A model generated the notes under the pieces. The model did no database searches and had not been told where the DNA came from. It saw only the letters and a list, made by a program, of their open reading frames with translations. Positions 18,481 to 28,153 of a stretch of DNA of 64,000 nt are shown piece by piece (the stretch's first letter is position 1; each line of letters opens with the position of its first letter). A program made the position numbers and the translations under genes. Source of the DNA: Elusimicrobiota bacterium (GTDB lineage: Bacteria; Elusimicrobiota; Endomicrobiia; CG1-02-37-114; JAHJSO01); contig JBDRQF010000037.1 of the NCBI GenBank assembly GCA_043826435.1, positions 60,186-124,185 of the forward strand, in the 5' to 3' direction.

Positions 18481-19029
18481 ATGAAAGAAATAAGGATACA
18501 TGCAAGAGCGGGACAGGGCGCGATAACCACCGCTGCGCTATTGGGGGATGCCGTATTTAGAATGGGCGGGTTCGCCTATGCTTTTCCCCATTTCGGCGCA
18601 GCAAGGATGGGAGCGCCGATGAACGCGTTTGTGCGGATGAACGACAAGCCGATACGTCTCAGGAGCCAGATAAAAGAACCCGACTACGTGATAGTCGTTG
18701 ATGAAACCATAATGCACGGCTCCAATGTTTTTTCAGGAATTAAACCGGGTGGCATAGTGATAATAAATTCAGCAGGGGAAATTACGCCCCCGCCGGAAAA
18801 TAAGGAAATTAAAATCCGGACAATCCCGGCGAGTAAGATTGCAGAGGAAATACTCGGCAGGCCGATAGGTAACACCGTCCTCTTAGGGGCATTTGCCTGC
18901 GCCACGGGTGAAGTGTCCCTTGAGGCGCTTGAGGACGCCGTTAAAAAACGTTTTTCAGTTAAGATAGCGGAGAAAAACATTGAGATGCTCCGCAGGGGAT
19001 ACAAGTCCTGCGGGCAGGGTAACCGGTAA
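18481..19029 (+). CDS. porC: 2-oxoacid (pyruvate):ferredoxin oxidoreductase gamma subunit
   Basis: EIRIHARAGQGAIT, FPHFGAARMGAP. Confidence 0.92.
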   Translation: MKEIRIHARAGQGAITTAALLGDAVFRMGGFAYAFPHFGAARMGAPMNAFVRMNDKPIRLRSQIKEPDYVIVVDETIMHGSNVFSGIKPGGIVIINSAGEITPPPENKEIKIRTIPASKIAEEILGRPIGNTVLLGAFACATGEVSLEALEDAVKKRFSVKIAEKNIEMLRRGYKSCGQGNR

Positions 19030-19093
19030 GTCGGGCGGCTATTCCCGTAGTCGTATTTTGGCAGGTTAAGGGCGCCGGCAGGTAATAAAGCAA

Positions 19094-19387
19094 ATGTTAA
19101 TAGGTCCCATACTCGCAAAACCAAAAACGGGGTTAAAACATAAAACGGGCAGCTGGCGCACAGGTACCAAGCCGAAATTTTTACAGAAGAACTGCACTGC
19201 CTGCCGCCTGTGTTATATGATATGCCCAGAAGGATGCATAAGCGCGAAGTTTATTTCAGACACGAAAGCGGAAAAGAATACGTTTCAGTCGGACTATGAT
19301 TTTTGCAAGGGGTGCGGGAACTGCGTCGCCGTCTGCCCCAAAAAAGACATAATAATGGTCCCTGAAGAAGAAAAGACGCAAGGATAA
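19094..19387 (+). CDS. porD: 2-oxoacid:ferredoxin oxidoreductase delta subunit
   Basis: KTGSWR; two CxxCxxCxxxCP motifs. Confidence 0.92.
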   Translation: MLIGPILAKPKTGLKHKTGSWRTGTKPKFLQKNCTACRLCYMICPEGCISAKFISDTKAEKNTFQSDYDFCKGCGNCVAVCPKKDIIMVPEEEKTQG

Positions 19388-19390
19388 TAA

Positions 19391-20572
19391 ATGAAACAAT
19401 TCCTGGAAGGCGCGATAGCGATTGCAAGGACGGTAAAACTTACGAAACCCGGCGTTATTTCCGCCTATCCGATAACCCCGCAGACGCACATCGTTGAAGA
19501 ACTCGCCCAACTGGTGGCTGACGGCGAACTCAAGTCGGAGTTTGTGAACGTTGAGAGCGAACACTCCGCTGCCAGCGTTGTGCTGGGGGCGTCCGCTTCA
19601 GGCGTAAGAGCATATACCTCAACGAGCTCCCAGGGGCTGCTGCTTATGGCTGAGGTGGTTTTCAACATCGCGGGCATGCGCCTGCCTCTCGTGATGTGCT
19701 GCGTCAACAGGGCGATTTCAGCCCCGATAAACATCTGGAACGACCACCAGGACTCAATGGCGGTCAGGGACAGCGGATGGTTCCAGTTCTTCGCAGAGAA
19801 CGTCCAGGAAGCGGTAGACCTCCACGTATTCGGGTGCCGGCTCTCCGAGGACAACAGGGTACTTCTGCCCGTTATGGTGTGCATTGACGGGTACATTTTA
19901 AGTCACGGGTATGAGGTCGTTGATTTGCCGGAACAGGAACAGGTTGACAGTTTTCTCAGGCCCTACAACCTGCCTTTTAAACTTGACGTTGAAAAACCGT
20001 TAACCCTCGGCGTGCTCGCTTCACCTGATTTTTACACGGAAACCAGATACGCAATACAGGAGACGATGGCCTCGGCTGAAGGCGTTATGCAGGAACTGGC
20101 GGGTGAATTCAAAAAAGTATTCTCCCGTGAAATAAAATTCGTTGAGACATACAAACTGGAAGGGGCAAGCAAGGCAATCATAGCCATGGGGTCAATTTGC
20201 GGCACAATAAAAGAAGCAATTGACGATATGCAGAAAGACGGGATAAAGGTCGGGCTTGTTAAAATAGTCGGTTACCGGCCGTTCCCCGAAAAGGAATTGA
20301 TGAGGGCCTTAAAGGGTATTCCGGAAATAGCAGTGGTTGATAAGTCAATATCATTGGGTTCAAAAAGCCCGTTGTTCCTGGAGATAAGATCGCTGTTCCA
20401 GGGGCAGGCACCTGCGCCGAAGATAAGCGGATTTGTGATGGGTTTAGGCGGGAGGGACATATCAAAGGCCGACATATCCGGAATCGTTGAGATGCTCTCA
20501 AAAGAACAGTCCGACGCTAAATTTATAGGGATTAAGCCGGAAAATTTGTTCAGGGACATAAAGGATATATGA
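19391..20572 (+). CDS. porA: Pyruvate:ferredoxin oxidoreductase alpha subunit
   Basis: AYPITPQT, VESEHSA, TSSQGL, GLGGRD. Confidence 0.95.
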   Translation: MKQFLEGAIAIARTVKLTKPGVISAYPITPQTHIVEELAQLVADGELKSEFVNVESEHSAASVVLGASASGVRAYTSTSSQGLLLMAEVVFNIAGMRLPLVMCCVNRAISAPINIWNDHQDSMAVRDSGWFQFFAENVQEAVDLHVFGCRLSEDNRVLLPVMVCIDGYILSHGYEVVDLPEQEQVDSFLRPYNLPFKLDVEKPLTLGVLASPDFYTETRYAIQETMASAEGVMQELAGEFKKVFSREIKFVETYKLEGASKAIIAMGSICGTIKEAIDDMQKDGIKVGLVKIVGYRPFPEKELMRALKGIPEIAVVDKSISLGSKSPLFLEIRSLFQGQAPAPKISGFVMGLGGRDISKADISGIVEMLSKEQSDAKFIGIKPENLFRDIKDI

Positions 20573-21528
20573 AACAATCTTTTGTAAGCGGTCATACTGC
20601 ATGCGGCGGTTGTGGACAGGCGATGGCTGCAAAACTTATAATAAACGCAATCGGCTCAAACGCAATAGTTGCAAATGCCACCGGCTGTCTTGAGGTGTTC
20701 AGCGCCGGCTACCCGCATTCGTCATGGGGCGTGCCGTTTATCCATTCGCTTTTTGAAAACGCCGCTGCCGTTGCCAGCGGGATTGAATCAGCCATGAAAC
20801 ACTTGGGCAGGGAAGACATTACCGTTATCTCCGAGGCGGGCGACGGCGGGACGGGTGACATCGGGCTGCAGGCGCTTTCAGGAATGTGGGAGAGGGGGCA
20901 AAACATTCTCTCAATATGTTATGACAACGAAGCGTATATGAACACGGGAATACAGAGGAGCGGGCTTACGCCTCTGAACGCCAATACCACGACGAGTCCT
21001 TCAGGTAAAGAATCAACGGGTAACTGGAGGCCGAAGAAAAACCTGCCTGAGATTGCCGTAGCACACAACTGTGTTTATGTCGCCACAGCAAGTGTTGGTT
21101 ATCCTGCCGACCTGCAGAGAAAGGTAAAGAAGGCGGTTTCAATGCGGGGGCCGAAATACCTGCATGTCTTCGTGCCGTGCCCGCTGGGCTGGAGGCACGA
21201 CCAGTCACTCACTTACGAAATTTCACGCGCAGCCGTCCAGACGGGATTGGTCCCTCTGATGGAATATGAGAATGGAGTTCGGACTTCGGTTTTTTCGCTT
21301 ACGGAAGCGAGGCCCGTGGAGGATTACCTTAAGCCGCAGGGCAGGTTCGCCCATTTGTTTAAAGATACCCCGGTCGCCAAAGCAGAACTTGAAAGAGTAA
21401 GAAAGATAGCAAACCACAACGTAGAGAAATACGGTTTACTCAAAAAAACCAGCCGGCCCGTTTCCCAGCCCGCATCCCAGCCCGTTTCCCAGCCCGCATC
21501 CCAACCCGCCGAAGATAAAACATCTTGA
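20569..21528 (+). CDS. porB: Pyruvate:ferredoxin oxidoreductase beta subunit
   Basis: GHTACGGCG, GDGGTGDIG, YDNEAYMNTG (TPP binding). Confidence 0.95.
   Translation: MKQSFVSGHTACGGCGQAMAAKLIINAIGSNAIVANATGCLEVFSAGYPHSSWGVPFIHSLFENAAAVASGIESAMKHLGREDITVISEAGDGGTGDIGLQALSGMWERGQNILSICYDNEAYMNTGIQRSGLTPLNANTTTSPSGKESTGNWRPKKNLPEIAVAHNCVYVATASVGYPADLQRKVKKAVSMRGPKYLHVFVPCPLGWRHDQSLTYEISRAAVQTGLVPLMEYENGVRTSVFSLTEARPVEDYLKPQGRFAHLFKDTPVAKAELERVRKIANHNVEKYGLLKKTSRPVSQPASQPVSQPASQPAEDKTS
21457..21504 (+). repeat. 12-bp tandem repeat x4 in the porB 3' end (PVSQ/PASQ)
   Basis: CCCGTTTCCCAG / CCCGCATCCCAG alternating. Confidence 0.9.
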
Positions 21529-21593
21529 AGGATTTAAAACCATTATGAAACAGAAAAAATGGTGCAATATTTAACACAGGGGCGTGTAAATGT

Positions 21594-22232
21594 ATGAATA
21601 AAGTTGCATTGATTGCGATATACGGGAGTCCGAGGGAAAACGGAAATTCCGACATGCTGCTGAATGAATTTCTGAAAGGTGCAGAAGCGTCGTCGCATGC
21701 CCCCCATACCGTTGAGAGGATTTTTGCAAGAAAATTCAACATAACGGCCTGCAGGGGGTGCCACGCGTGCGGTGTCACCGGAACATGCATAGTCAGTGAC
21801 GATATGGCCGGTTTATATAAAAAACTTGAACAGGCGGACTGCATGGTGGTTTCGTCACCGATTTTTTTCTACGGAGTTCCTTCGCAGTTGAAAGCCATCA
21901 TTGACAGGACGCAGGCATTCTGGGCGGGGAAATACAGGGTGGAAAATCCCGACCCGTCCACTGGACGGGTGCCCCGCGGGTGCCCCGCGGGTGCCCCGCG
22001 GGTGCCACGAGACATCGGGGGCCAGCAGCGTACGGGGATTTTTCTGGCAGTGTGTGCAAGCAAGGGGCAGAAGGTTTTTGACGGCGCAAAACTCACAATC
22101 CGGTATTTTTTTGATGCATGCGGTTTTGAATACAAGCATGAACTTTTCGTCAGGGGCGTTGAATTGAAAGGGGACATTCTCTCCAGGACGGATGACATGA
22201 GGGTAGCGTATGAACTTGGAAAAAATCTGTGA
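21594..22232 (+). CDS. Iron-sulfur flavoprotein / NADPH-dependent FMN reductase family
   Basis: GSPRENGNS, CRGCHAC...C, SPIFFY, LKAIIDR; carries a GC-rich insertion. Confidence 0.88.
   Translation: MNKVALIAIYGSPRENGNSDMLLNEFLKGAEASSHAPHTVERIFARKFNITACRGCHACGVTGTCIVSDDMAGLYKKLEQADCMVVSSPIFFYGVPSQLKAIIDRTQAFWAGKYRVENPDPSTGRVPRGCPAGAPRVPRDIGGQQRTGIFLAVCASKGQKVFDGAKLTIRYFFDACGFEYKHELFVRGVELKGDILSRTDDMRVAYELGKNL
21952..22009. repeat. Palindrome plus 11-bp tandem repeat x4 inside a CDS
   Basis: ACCCGTCCA-C-TGGACGGGT; CGGGTGCCCCG at 21966, 21977, 21988 and variant CGGGTGCCACG at 21999. Confidence 0.9.
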
Positions 22233-23061
22233 AGTTGCACCGAACACTGATGCAACATTTAATATGGGAATGTACAAACATATGTGTGAAGTTGCACTGG
22301 TTTCTGCAAAAGAGGCAGGCAGGGTTTTAATCAGATATTTCAGGAAAGGTGTCCCGGTAAAATATAAAACGGCAAGGAATCCGGTGACCATAGCCGACCA
22401 CCTTTCGCAGAAAAGAATTGTTCGTTTGATAAAGAGGTCTTTCCCGGATCACAAAACAATATGCGAAGAATCATCGGATGAATGCGCGACAAAACCGTCG
22501 CACGGAGAGTCAGAGTATTCATGGGTGATAGACCCGCTTGACGGGACGGTTAATTTCATACACGGGCTCGCCCAGTTTTGCGTTTCCATAGGCGTCCTGC
22601 ACAGGGATGAGCCGGTCGTAGGGGTCATATACAACCCCGTTACCAATGAACTTTTTTCAGCCGTAAAAGGCGTGGGGACTTACAGGAACGGACGCAGGGT
22701 GTATGTTTCATCAACCGCCACATTAAACAAGTCATTGCTCGTTACGGGCTTCCCGTATTATGTCGTCGGAAAATCCCGCAGGGTTATGAGAAATATGAAC
22801 AGGTTTATTGTGAGGACCGAGGGCGTCCGGCGGCTCGGCTCAGCGGCGCTTGACATGGCTTATGTCGCCTGCGGGACTTTTGACGGGTTCTGGGAGGAGG
22901 GGTTAAACCCCTGGGACGTGGCTGCAGGGACGATAATTGTATCCGAAGCAGGGGGGAAGGTTACTGATTATTCAGGTAAAAATAAATTTATGTTCGGCCG
23001 TGAAATGGTTGCATCTAACGGAAAGATACACAACGCGATAGTCAGGGTTTTGAACAGTTAG
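22210..23061 (+). CDS. suhB: Inositol monophosphatase family protein (start may be 22264 or 22270)
   Basis: WVIDPLDGTVNF, RRLGSAALD, PWDVAAG. Confidence 0.93.
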   Translation: MNLEKICEVAPNTDATFNMGMYKHMCEVALVSAKEAGRVLIRYFRKGVPVKYKTARNPVTIADHLSQKRIVRLIKRSFPDHKTICEESSDECATKPSHGESEYSWVIDPLDGTVNFIHGLAQFCVSIGVLHRDEPVVGVIYNPVTNELFSAVKGVGTYRNGRRVYVSSTATLNKSLLVTGFPYYVVGKSRRVMRNMNRFIVRTEGVRRLGSAALDMAYVACGTFDGFWEEGLNPWDVAAGTIIVSEAGGKVTDYSGKNKFMFGREMVASNGKIHNAIVRVLNS

Positions 23062-23164
23062 AAACAGAGTGGCGCCCGTCCGGTGGACGGGCCGTGCGAC
23101 GGGGATAGATTGGGTTGTGTCGCCGTTAGCGCATGCAGGGTGCGGCCTCATGGGGGGGGGAATT

Positions 23165-23488
23165 ATGGCAGAGGTAATTTTAACGGAGCAGAATTTTAAG
23201 CAGGAAGTACTGGATGCAGGCGGCGTTGTGCTGGTTGATTTCTGGGCGGAGTGGTGCGGTCCGTGCCGCACGATGGGGCCCGTGATTTCCGAACTTGCCG
23301 TGGAGTTTGAGGGGAAGGCAAAGATATGCAAGCTCAACGTTGAGGAAAACCAGAAACTTTCGGGGGATTACAGCGTGATGGCCATACCTACATTGCTGAT
23401 TTTCAAGGGTGGCAAGCAAGTTGACCGGCTCGTCGGAGCGCAGTCAAAACAGGCGCTGGCGAACAAAATTAACCAGTACCTTCGGTAA
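23165..23488 (+). CDS. trxA: Thioredoxin
   Basis: DFWAEWCGPC; ATG 23165 after poly-G RBS. Confidence 0.96.
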   Translation: MAEVILTEQNFKQEVLDAGGVVLVDFWAEWCGPCRTMGPVISELAVEFEGKAKICKLNVEENQKLSGDYSVMAIPTLLIFKGGKQVDRLVGAQSKQALANKINQYLR

Positions 23489-23554
23489 TAACCGATGCAG
23501 ACCTTTCGTAAAATGTCTTTGTAAGATGTCTTCATAAGATGTTTTCGCGCCGGT

Positions 23555-24478
23555 TTAAAGTGTTTTGATAACCAGGATGGTATAGGGTGGTTTAAATATT
23601 TTCTTCAGCGAAGCGCCTGCCGAAATGGCGCCGTCCCTTTTAGTGAAAATCCCGAAAACCGCCGAACCGCTGCCTGTCATCAGGGAAGCGAATGCCCCTG
23701 CAGCGTCCAGCGCCTTTTTGATTCTGTCTATCTCAGGATGAACCGCCGCCACGGCCCTTTCAAGGTCGTTTATGAATACGATGTCACCTGTTGATATAGG
23801 CGTCCGTTTTTTTATTTTCCGGATTACCATGCGGTTCGCCATATCCCCGGTGTCTTTTTTTGCACTCCCGTATAAATCCCATCTCCCGTACGCCCCCGAC
23901 GTTGACGACTGAAATGGCGGATGGACGAGCACCAGCCACAGCGGTTTTTTCTCCCATAACGCCCGCGCCCCGGTTATCTTTTCGCCGATACCCTCCGCCA
24001 GGCAGCATCCGTTGTGCAGGAAAAAAGGGACGTCCGCCCCCAGTTCCGATGCGATCTTTTGTATTTTACGCGCTCCGGCATTGAAGCGCAGCATTTTGCA
24101 CAGTCCTTTTATTACCGCTGCAGCGTCGGAAGAACCGCCTCCCATCCCTGACCCGGCAGGAATATTTTTCGCAACCCTTATCCTTATGCCCGTTTTTTTG
24201 CCCGACAATTCCGCGATACGGACGGCTGCCCTGTATGCAAGGTTTTTTTCCTTCGGCGGTTTCGGTTCGCCGTGCATCAGGTTTTCAGGCCATGTGCATT
24301 CAAAGTTTATGCCGTTTTTGAGCGCGGGTTTGTACGCAGGTTTGCGCGCGACAGATATTTCAATTTCATCGCACAGCCCCACGGGTTGCATCAGCGTCGC
24401 CAGGTTGTGGTAGCCGTCTTTTCTTTTGCCGCGGATTTCCAGAAAAAGGTTTAATTTCGCCGGCGCCTTAATTTTCAT
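23555..24478 (-). CDS. ispE: 4-diphosphocytidyl-2-C-methyl-D-erythritol kinase
   Basis: APAKLNLFL, KNIPAGSGMGGGSSDAA, LGADVPFF, MTGSGSAVF. Confidence 0.96.
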   Translation of the reverse strand: MKIKAPAKLNLFLEIRGKRKDGYHNLATLMQPVGLCDEIEISVARKPAYKPALKNGINFECTWPENLMHGEPKPPKEKNLAYRAAVRIAELSGKKTGIRIRVAKNIPAGSGMGGGSSDAAAVIKGLCKMLRFNAGARKIQKIASELGADVPFFLHNGCCLAEGIGEKITGARALWEKKPLWLVLVHPPFQSSTSGAYGRWDLYGSAKKDTGDMANRMVIRKIKKRTPISTGDIVFINDLERAVAAVHPEIDRIKKALDAAGAFASLMTGSGSAVFGIFTKRDGAISAGASLKKIFKPPYTILVIKTL

Positions 24479-24479
24479 C

Positions 24480-26030
24480 TTAGTTTATTTTCCGTTTTAA
24501 TTTCTTGTTTTCAGGGTCAAGCGTCAGGGCTTTCCTGTACCACTGTTGCGCAGGCCCGTCGTTGCCGAGGGCGGTTTCTATGTCCCCCATGTGTTCATAT
24601 ACTACGGGGTCTTCCAATTTAGCCGCCGCTTCCAGCAGGTATTTTTTTGCCTTGACGTAATCGCCCTTTTTAAAATATACCCAGCCGAGCGAATCAAGGT
24701 ATGCCCCGTTTTCCGGTTCCATTTCAAGCGCCGACTCTATAAGCTCCGCAGCCTCGTCAAGTTCCATGCCCCTTTCTGCAAATGAGTACCCTAAATAATT
24801 CATTGCAGTTGAATTCTTGGGGTTTAGTTTTATTGCCTTTCTGAAGTGCGTCACCGCCTTGTCAAACTTTTTCGTCTGGTCGTATATCACTCCAAGGTAG
24901 AAATATGCCTCCGAGAGCTGTGGGTTTAATTTTATGCATTCCAGTAAATGACTTTCCGCCTTTTTATACCTTTTAATATCCATGTAGCCGAGCCCGAGAA
25001 AGAAGTGAATTTCAGGGCTCTTAGCGTCTTTTTTAAGCGCCCTCTGCAGGGTATCTATCGCTTTTGGGGCGTCCTTTACCTGCGTGTAATAATAACTCAA
25101 CCGCAGGTATGAGACGACGTCCGGCTGTAAATCAATTGATTTCCGGATGTATTGTATGGCTTCGTGCCATAATTTTTTTTCTTCGTAAAGAATGGCAAGC
25201 CAGAAAAAAGCGGATGACTCGCGGGGAGCGATTTCAATCGCCTTCCTGAAGGACTCTTCCGCCTTGGCATGTTCGCCCGCAAGGAAATAGAGCCCGCCTG
25301 CCCTCATATGGAGCACGTGGTTATTCGGTTCAAGTTGCGCAGTCCTGTGCAGTTCTTCCGCAGCAGGGACGAATTGCTTCTGGTGTTCATAGAGTTCCGA
25401 AAGGGTAAGGTGCAGGAGCACGTCCTCCGGTTTGTTCTTTATCGCCGATTTCAGCAGTTCTTCCGCCTCATTATTTTTTTTGAGTTTGATGAGTGTCAAT
25501 GCCTTTCTGTAATACGCCTCGGATTCGTCAGGGCTGAATTTTATGTATGAGTCCCAGTAATAGAGAGCCTTTTCAGGGTCTATCTGGTTGTATATACTCG
25601 CAAGTGTAAGGATGGCGTCCTTGTTATCGGGTTGTTCTTTGAGGACTTCATCATAAACGTTTATGGCTGAAGTCGTATCGTTTATTATGACGTAAAACGT
25701 GCCGAGGAAAAGTTTTGTTTCAAGGTTGTCCGCGAGCCCACTGAATATGTTTGCGAGCGCCCTTGCCTTTTCTATCCTGCCCGTCTGCAGATAAATAAGG
25801 ATAAGTTCCCTGTAAGCCGCAACGGCGTTGGTGTCGTGTTCAATTGTCCTTTCAAATTCATATTGCGCCTTTGTCAGGTTCCCGTCCCTGAGATGGACCA
25901 GCCCCTGTAAATAGTGTGAGTAGGACGTGTATTTTGTCCGGGTTATCTCAACGCAATGAGACGGCGCCCGTGAAAGTACGGCAAAAGAAACAGAAATGCA
26001 GGCGAGTAAAAAAACGGAATTTTTTCTCAT
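24480..26030 (-). CDS. Exported tetratricopeptide repeat protein
   Basis: Many TPRs; AMNYLGYS and GAYLDSLGWVYFK typical of the TPR gene beside ispE. Confidence 0.9.
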   Translation of the reverse strand: MRKNSVFLLACISVSFAVLSRAPSHCVEITRTKYTSYSHYLQGLVHLRDGNLTKAQYEFERTIEHDTNAVAAYRELILIYLQTGRIEKARALANIFSGLADNLETKLFLGTFYVIINDTTSAINVYDEVLKEQPDNKDAILTLASIYNQIDPEKALYYWDSYIKFSPDESEAYYRKALTLIKLKKNNEAEELLKSAIKNKPEDVLLHLTLSELYEHQKQFVPAAEELHRTAQLEPNNHVLHMRAGGLYFLAGEHAKAEESFRKAIEIAPRESSAFFWLAILYEEKKLWHEAIQYIRKSIDLQPDVVSYLRLSYYYTQVKDAPKAIDTLQRALKKDAKSPEIHFFLGLGYMDIKRYKKAESHLLECIKLNPQLSEAYFYLGVIYDQTKKFDKAVTHFRKAIKLNPKNSTAMNYLGYSFAERGMELDEAAELIESALEMEPENGAYLDSLGWVYFKKGDYVKAKKYLLEAAAKLEDPVVYEHMGDIETALGNDGPAQQWYRKALTLDPENKKLKRKIN

Positions 26031-26048
26031 TACATTATGTGTCAGATT

Positions 26049-27095
26049 TCATATCTTCCCCGCAAGTGCAAGCCGTATTGCCGATGCCATGCCCGAGCAA
26101 TCGGCGATGTTTTTACCCGCAATGTCAAAAGCAGTGCCATGTCCCGGTGACGTCCTTATGAACGGAAGGCCGCAGGTAAGGTTTACAAAATTCCATTGAT
26201 ACAGAATTCTCAGGGGCACCATCGCCTGGTCATGGTAGTGGCACACAATCAGCGTTTCCATCGGAGGTATCTGTGCTTCCTGTAGACGGGCAGGCGTTCC
26301 CCGCGGCGTCCGTGTTCCACGCATCGCCATCCCCGTCGGGCTCAGGAATGCTGTCTCGCATGAGACAGGGCCGTGGACACTGAACCCCATGGCTTTAAGC
26401 GCACGGACGGCAGGCGTCATAACATTCTTTTCTTCCCTGCCTGAATTTCCTCCTTCGCCGAGATGGGGGTTTAAACCGCACATGATGACCTTCTTTAACC
26501 TTTTCCCGAAGCGGTCCCGGACGGTGGACCCCACTACCTTTACCTGTTCCGTAATTTCTTTCCGTGATATTGAACCGGCAACATCACCCAAAGGGATATG
26601 ACGGGTTACCAGTAAAACCATGTGTCTTGATGAAGCCATCACCATCGCGATTTTTTTGACGTCGCAAAGTCCTGCAATATATTCCGTATGTCCGCTGAAT
26701 TTAATGCCGCTCCCTGTTATTTTTTCTTTGGACACGGGAGCGGTAACAAGGGGGATTTTACCCTTCCCGGCTATGCAAATCCGTGTAGCCGTCCTGACGT
26801 ACTCAACCCCCGTCCTGCCCGGTAAATGGACAACGTTCATTGCTCTGCGCCCATGCAATCCATATAACCCCGGTGTTGACGGTTGCAGGACGGCGTCTGC
26901 ATCTATCCCGGCCAACTTCAACCGGCCGGCAGGCGCAATACCGGATGCCTTTTTCATTATGTCAATATTGCCGATTACCACCGGGATGCAGACATCAAAA
27001 AGGGATTTTTCCTTCAGGAATGATTTAACGATAATCTCAGGCCCCACACCATCGGGGTCGCCCATTGTAATCAATAAAACAGGGAGGGGTTTCAT
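26049..27095 (-). CDS. pdxA: 4-hydroxythreonine-4-phosphate dehydrogenase
   Basis: TMGDPDGVGPE, SGHTEY, GLNPH, YHDQ, RTSPGHGTAFDIAG. Confidence 0.92.
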   Translation of the reverse strand: MKPLPVLLITMGDPDGVGPEIIVKSFLKEKSLFDVCIPVVIGNIDIMKKASGIAPAGRLKLAGIDADAVLQPSTPGLYGLHGRRAMNVVHLPGRTGVEYVRTATRICIAGKGKIPLVTAPVSKEKITGSGIKFSGHTEYIAGLCDVKKIAMVMASSRHMVLLVTRHIPLGDVAGSISRKEITEQVKVVGSTVRDRFGKRLKKVIMCGLNPHLGEGGNSGREEKNVMTPAVRALKAMGFSVHGPVSCETAFLSPTGMAMRGTRTPRGTPARLQEAQIPPMETLIVCHYHDQAMVPLRILYQWNFVNLTCGLPFIRTSPGHGTAFDIAGKNIADCSGMASAIRLALAGKI

Positions 27096-28153
27096 TCAAT
27101 AGGGTTGATTTTAACGGATGCCTTTGCCCTGAGGCCCTTAATCCAGGAGGCATATTTTTTTTCTGCTGCCTTCTGCATGAGATATTCGGAAAGGTCGTTC
27201 TGGACGAGTTCCAGCGAAACCTTCTGCGCCGCTTTCTTTTCTTCAAGCATTATTAAATGATAACCGAATTCCGTTCGGACAATATCGGACATTTCACCCA
27301 CACCGAGAGAGAAGGCGGCCTTTTCAAATTCAGGCACCATGTCTCCCCTCGTAAAGTATCCGAGGTCTCCCCCGTTCCTGGCGCTGCCCTTGTCGTCGGA
27401 ATGTTTTTGCGCGAGTTCTAAAAAGTCCTCGCCCTTTTTTACCTTCTCTTTTATTTCTTCAATTTTCTTTCTTGCCGCCGTCTGCTCGCTCATAGATGAG
27501 TCAGCCGACGTCCTTATTAATACATGCCTCGCCCTGATCCTCTCGTTAAAATTCTTTTTTATAATCCGGGCGATGGTTTCTATGTCCTTTTTGTCGTCCT
27601 CGCTCTCGTCTTTAAGTTCCTGGCCGTCAAGGACCTTTTTTATTTTTCCGAAAAGCGACCGGATTTCCGAATCGCCGGGGGGAGTGACCTTTGATTTTAT
27701 TTCCAGGTCAATCAATTTTAACGCCATCAGTTGTTCTTCTATTTTCTCGTTGAATTTTTTTTCCGTGATTTTTTCCTTCAGCAACTCCGCCTTAAATTCC
27801 GCGTCATTTTTGAATCTGGATTTTATGTGGGCCATTCCCTGCTCAAGTTCCCTCTTTGATATTTTTATCCGGACGTCCTTTTTCGCCTGCTGAAGGAGGA
27901 GGCGGTCGTTAATTAGCTGGTCAAGTATATTCTGCTTTAGTTCTTTTATCTTGTCGTCCGTTAACTCCGTTTGAGACGCCTGCGCCCGGTATATTTCCAC
28001 CGTAGGGCCTGTAATTTTTTCAAGGTCAGAGAGGAGGATATGCTCCCCGTTCACTATGGCGACCGTCCTGTCAATAACCTCCGCCGAATCAAGGGTCGTA
28101 TGGATAAGTGCCCCGGCAAGGGCGCAGGCAAGAAAAAATAATTTTGTTTTCAT
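27092..28153 (-). CDS. surA: SurA-like periplasmic parvulin PPIase
   Basis: IDRTVAIVNG N-domain; RARHVLI, GGDLGYF, MVPEFE. Confidence 0.85.
   Translation of the reverse strand: MKTKLFFLACALAGALIHTTLDSAEVIDRTVAIVNGEHILLSDLEKITGPTVEIYRAQASQTELTDDKIKELKQNILDQLINDRLLLQQAKKDVRIKISKRELEQGMAHIKSRFKNDAEFKAELLKEKITEKKFNEKIEEQLMALKLIDLEIKSKVTPPGDSEIRSLFGKIKKVLDGQELKDESEDDKKDIETIARIIKKNFNERIRARHVLIRTSADSSMSEQTAARKKIEEIKEKVKKGEDFLELAQKHSDDKGSARNGGDLGYFTRGDMVPEFEKAAFSLGVGEMSDIVRTEFGYHLIMLEEKKAAQKVSLELVQNDLSEYLMQKAAEKKYASWIKGLRAKASVKINPIE

Noticed and set aside
23069..23164. N-terminal extension of thioredoxin
   Set aside because: Intergenic palindrome; RBS and normal length support ATG 23165
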